Position numbers and translations under genes: made by a program. Below are positions 35,111 to 36,593 of a stretch of 36,593 bases of DNA, one piece after another. Position 1 is the stretch's first letter, and the number at the start of each line of letters is the position of its first letter. The stretch is taken from positions 1 to 36,593 of the IMG/VR virus record IMGVR_UViG_3300003965_000009, one strand, 5' to 3'. The stretch comes from a virus (lineage: Duplodnaviria > Caudoviricetes). Below the pieces are notes generated by a model. That model was not told the DNA's origin, searched no databases, and was given only the letters and a program-made list of their open reading frames with translations.

Positions 35111-36316
35111 ATGCCTTTCCATGCCGGTCTCGACTGGGGTGGCACCGCCCACGCCGTCTGCGTCATCGACGCAACCGGTGCGGTGCTCGCCCGCATTGAG
35201 GTACAGCACGACGCCGCCGGCCTTGCCGACCTGCTTGCCCGCCTCAAGCGCATCGCCGCCCCAGCCAACTTGCCGGTCGCCATCGAGCGTCCCTCCGGCC
35301 TGATCGTCGATGCGTTGATCGAGGCTGGCCATCCGGTCGTCCCGATCCACCCCAACATCGTCAAGGCCTGCCGCCCGCGCTATCGCGCCGCCGGTGGCAA
35401 GTCCGATCCGGCCGACGCCTTCATGCTCGCCGACATCCTGCGCACCGACGGCCACCGCTTCCGTCCCCTCATGCCCGCCGCCGACGACATCAAGGCACTG
35501 CGTGCCCTGGTGCGCGGCCGCGACGACCTGGTCGGCCAGCGCGTCACACTCGCCAACACGCTCCGCTCCAACCTCGAGAGCTTCTGGCCCGGCGCAGCCG
35601 CCATCTTCGCTGACATCGACAGCCCGATCGCGCTCGCCTTCCTCCGCCGCTACCCAACACCGGACAGCGCCGCACGCCTCGGCCCCAAGCGCCTCGCCGG
35701 CTTCCTTGCCAGCCACGCCTATTGCGGCCGACGCAGCCCGGCCGAACTTCTTGCCCGCCTGCGCGCCGCGCCCACCGGCCGCGCCGGCGAGGCCGAAGCC
35801 GAGGCCCGCGGCGAACTGGTCCGGGCGTTGGCGGCCACCCTCGAAACCCTCGTCGCCGAGATCGTCCGCCTCTCCAGCCGCATCGCGCACGACGTCGCCG
35901 CCCTGCCCGACGGGCAGATCGTCATGTCCTTCCCGCGATCGGGCCGCATCTGTGCCGCGGCGATCCTCGCCGAGCTCGGCGATGTCCGCGAACGCTTCCC
36001 CACCGCCGATCAGCTCGCCGCCGAAGCCGGCGTCGCTCCCGTCACCAACGCCTCCGGCAAGTCCCGCGGCGTCACCGTCCGATGGGCCTGCAACCACCGC
36101 CTCCGGCAGGCCATCACCACCTTCGCCGACAACTCCCGTCATGCCTCCGCCTGGGCCGCCAGCCTCTACAACCAGGCCCGCCAGCGCGGATGCAAGCACC
36201 AGCACGCCACCCGAATCCTCGCCCGCGCATGGTGCCGCGTCCTGTGGAAGGCCTGGCAGGATCGCACCGCCTACGACCCCGCCCGCCACGCCGCCACGGC
36301 GAAACTCGCCGCCTGA
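35111..36316 (+). CDS. IS110-family recombinase (DEDD RuvC-like + Transposase_20)
   Basis: AGLDWG, VAIE, KSDPADA acidic tetrad; AGVAPVTNASGKS with conserved Ser; GAGGAGGT RBS; 401 aa. Confidence 0.95.
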   Translation: MPFHAGLDWGGTAHAVCVIDATGAVLARIEVQHDAAGLADLLARLKRIAAPANLPVAIERPSGLIVDALIEAGHPVVPIHPNIVKACRPRYRAAGGKSDPADAFMLADILRTDGHRFRPLMPAADDIKALRALVRGRDDLVGQRVTLANTLRSNLESFWPGAAAIFADIDSPIALAFLRRYPTPDSAARLGPKRLAGFLASHAYCGRRSPAELLARLRAAPTGRAGEAEAEARGELVRALAATLETLVAEIVRLSSRIAHDVAALPDGQIVMSFPRSGRICAAAILAELGDVRERFPTADQLAAEAGVAPVTNASGKSRGVTVRWACNHRLRQAITTFADNSRHASAWAASLYNQARQRGCKHQHATRILARAWCRVLWKAWQDRTAYDPARHAATAKLAA

Positions 36317-36342
36317 ACATTCAAAGCTGGACACAGGGTGTC

Positions 36343-36593
36343 TCATCGCGCCCGGCCGTCGGTGCGCACGATGCGCACGCGCTGCTGCCGGTCGCCGAGG
36401 CGCAGCTCGGCCGCCGCAAAGAGCCGGTCGACGATCACAAAATTCTGGCGGACGCGGTAGTTGACGAGCTGGCCCTCGCCCTCCGGCCCGATGACAAAGA
36501 GCGGCGGCATCTCGCCCTGGCCGATACCGCGCGGGAACTCGATGAAGACTTGGCGGCCGTCGTCGAAGGCGCGCAGCGGTCGCCAGGCCGGGC
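36343..36593 (-). CDS. trbG: Conjugal transfer protein TrbG/VirB9, 3' end
   Basis: Read manually: PAWRPLRAFDDGRQVFIEFPRGIGQGEMPPLFVIG...LVNYRV...VDRLFAAAELRLG...RTDGRAR-stop. Confidence 0.92.
   Translation of the reverse strand, partial: PAWRPLRAFDDGRQVFIEFPRGIGQGEMPPLFVIGPEGEGQLVNYRVRQNFVIVDRLFAAAELRLGDRQQRVRIVRTDGRAR

Larger units (their letters stand above)
34856..36345 (+). mobile_element. IS110-family insertion sequence (long non-coding left end, 25-bp right end, CTCA core at both junctions)
   Basis: CTCA at 34852-34855 and 36342-36345; no terminal inverted repeats; removing the element restores the trbG/trbI ATGA overlap. Confidence 0.9.
30674..36593. mobile_element. Trb (P-type T4SS) integrative conjugative element inserted at tRNA-Gly; continues beyond the window
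   Basis: att fragment, tyrosine integrase, LysR, DUF2274, trbI, trbG. Confidence 0.8.

Overview
High-GC, alphaproteobacterial-looking window made of two adjacent mobile elements. (1) 1-~30.67 kb: one arm of a lambda-type (cos) prophage-like element. A leftward operon runs from a sigma-factor-like gene through Sak4-like ATPase, SSB-like protein, helicase, Cas4-like nuclease, primase-helicase, an iteron array, RuvC-like resolvase, a cos-like site, two ParB-methyltransferases and DUF3489 to the terminase small subunit. A divergent rightward operon carries an SOS-boxed ImmA/IrrE peptidase, an XRE repressor, DUF2924 and a large serine recombinase. It is followed by a four-gene defence cassette: type III-like Res, Mod, a catalytically inactive long-B (RsAgo-like) Argonaute and a translationally coupled PD-(D/E)XK nuclease. 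(2) From a 47-bp tRNA-Gly(GCC) 3' fragment (att, 30674-30720) rightwards: a Trb-type integrative conjugative element (tyrosine integrase, LysR, DUF2274, trbI, trbG). An IS110 element sits exactly in the trbG/trbI ATGA overlap, and its non-coding left end carries readable bridge-RNA-like guide matches to its own donor junction and to the target site. Family assignments come from motif recognition only; no database searches were run.
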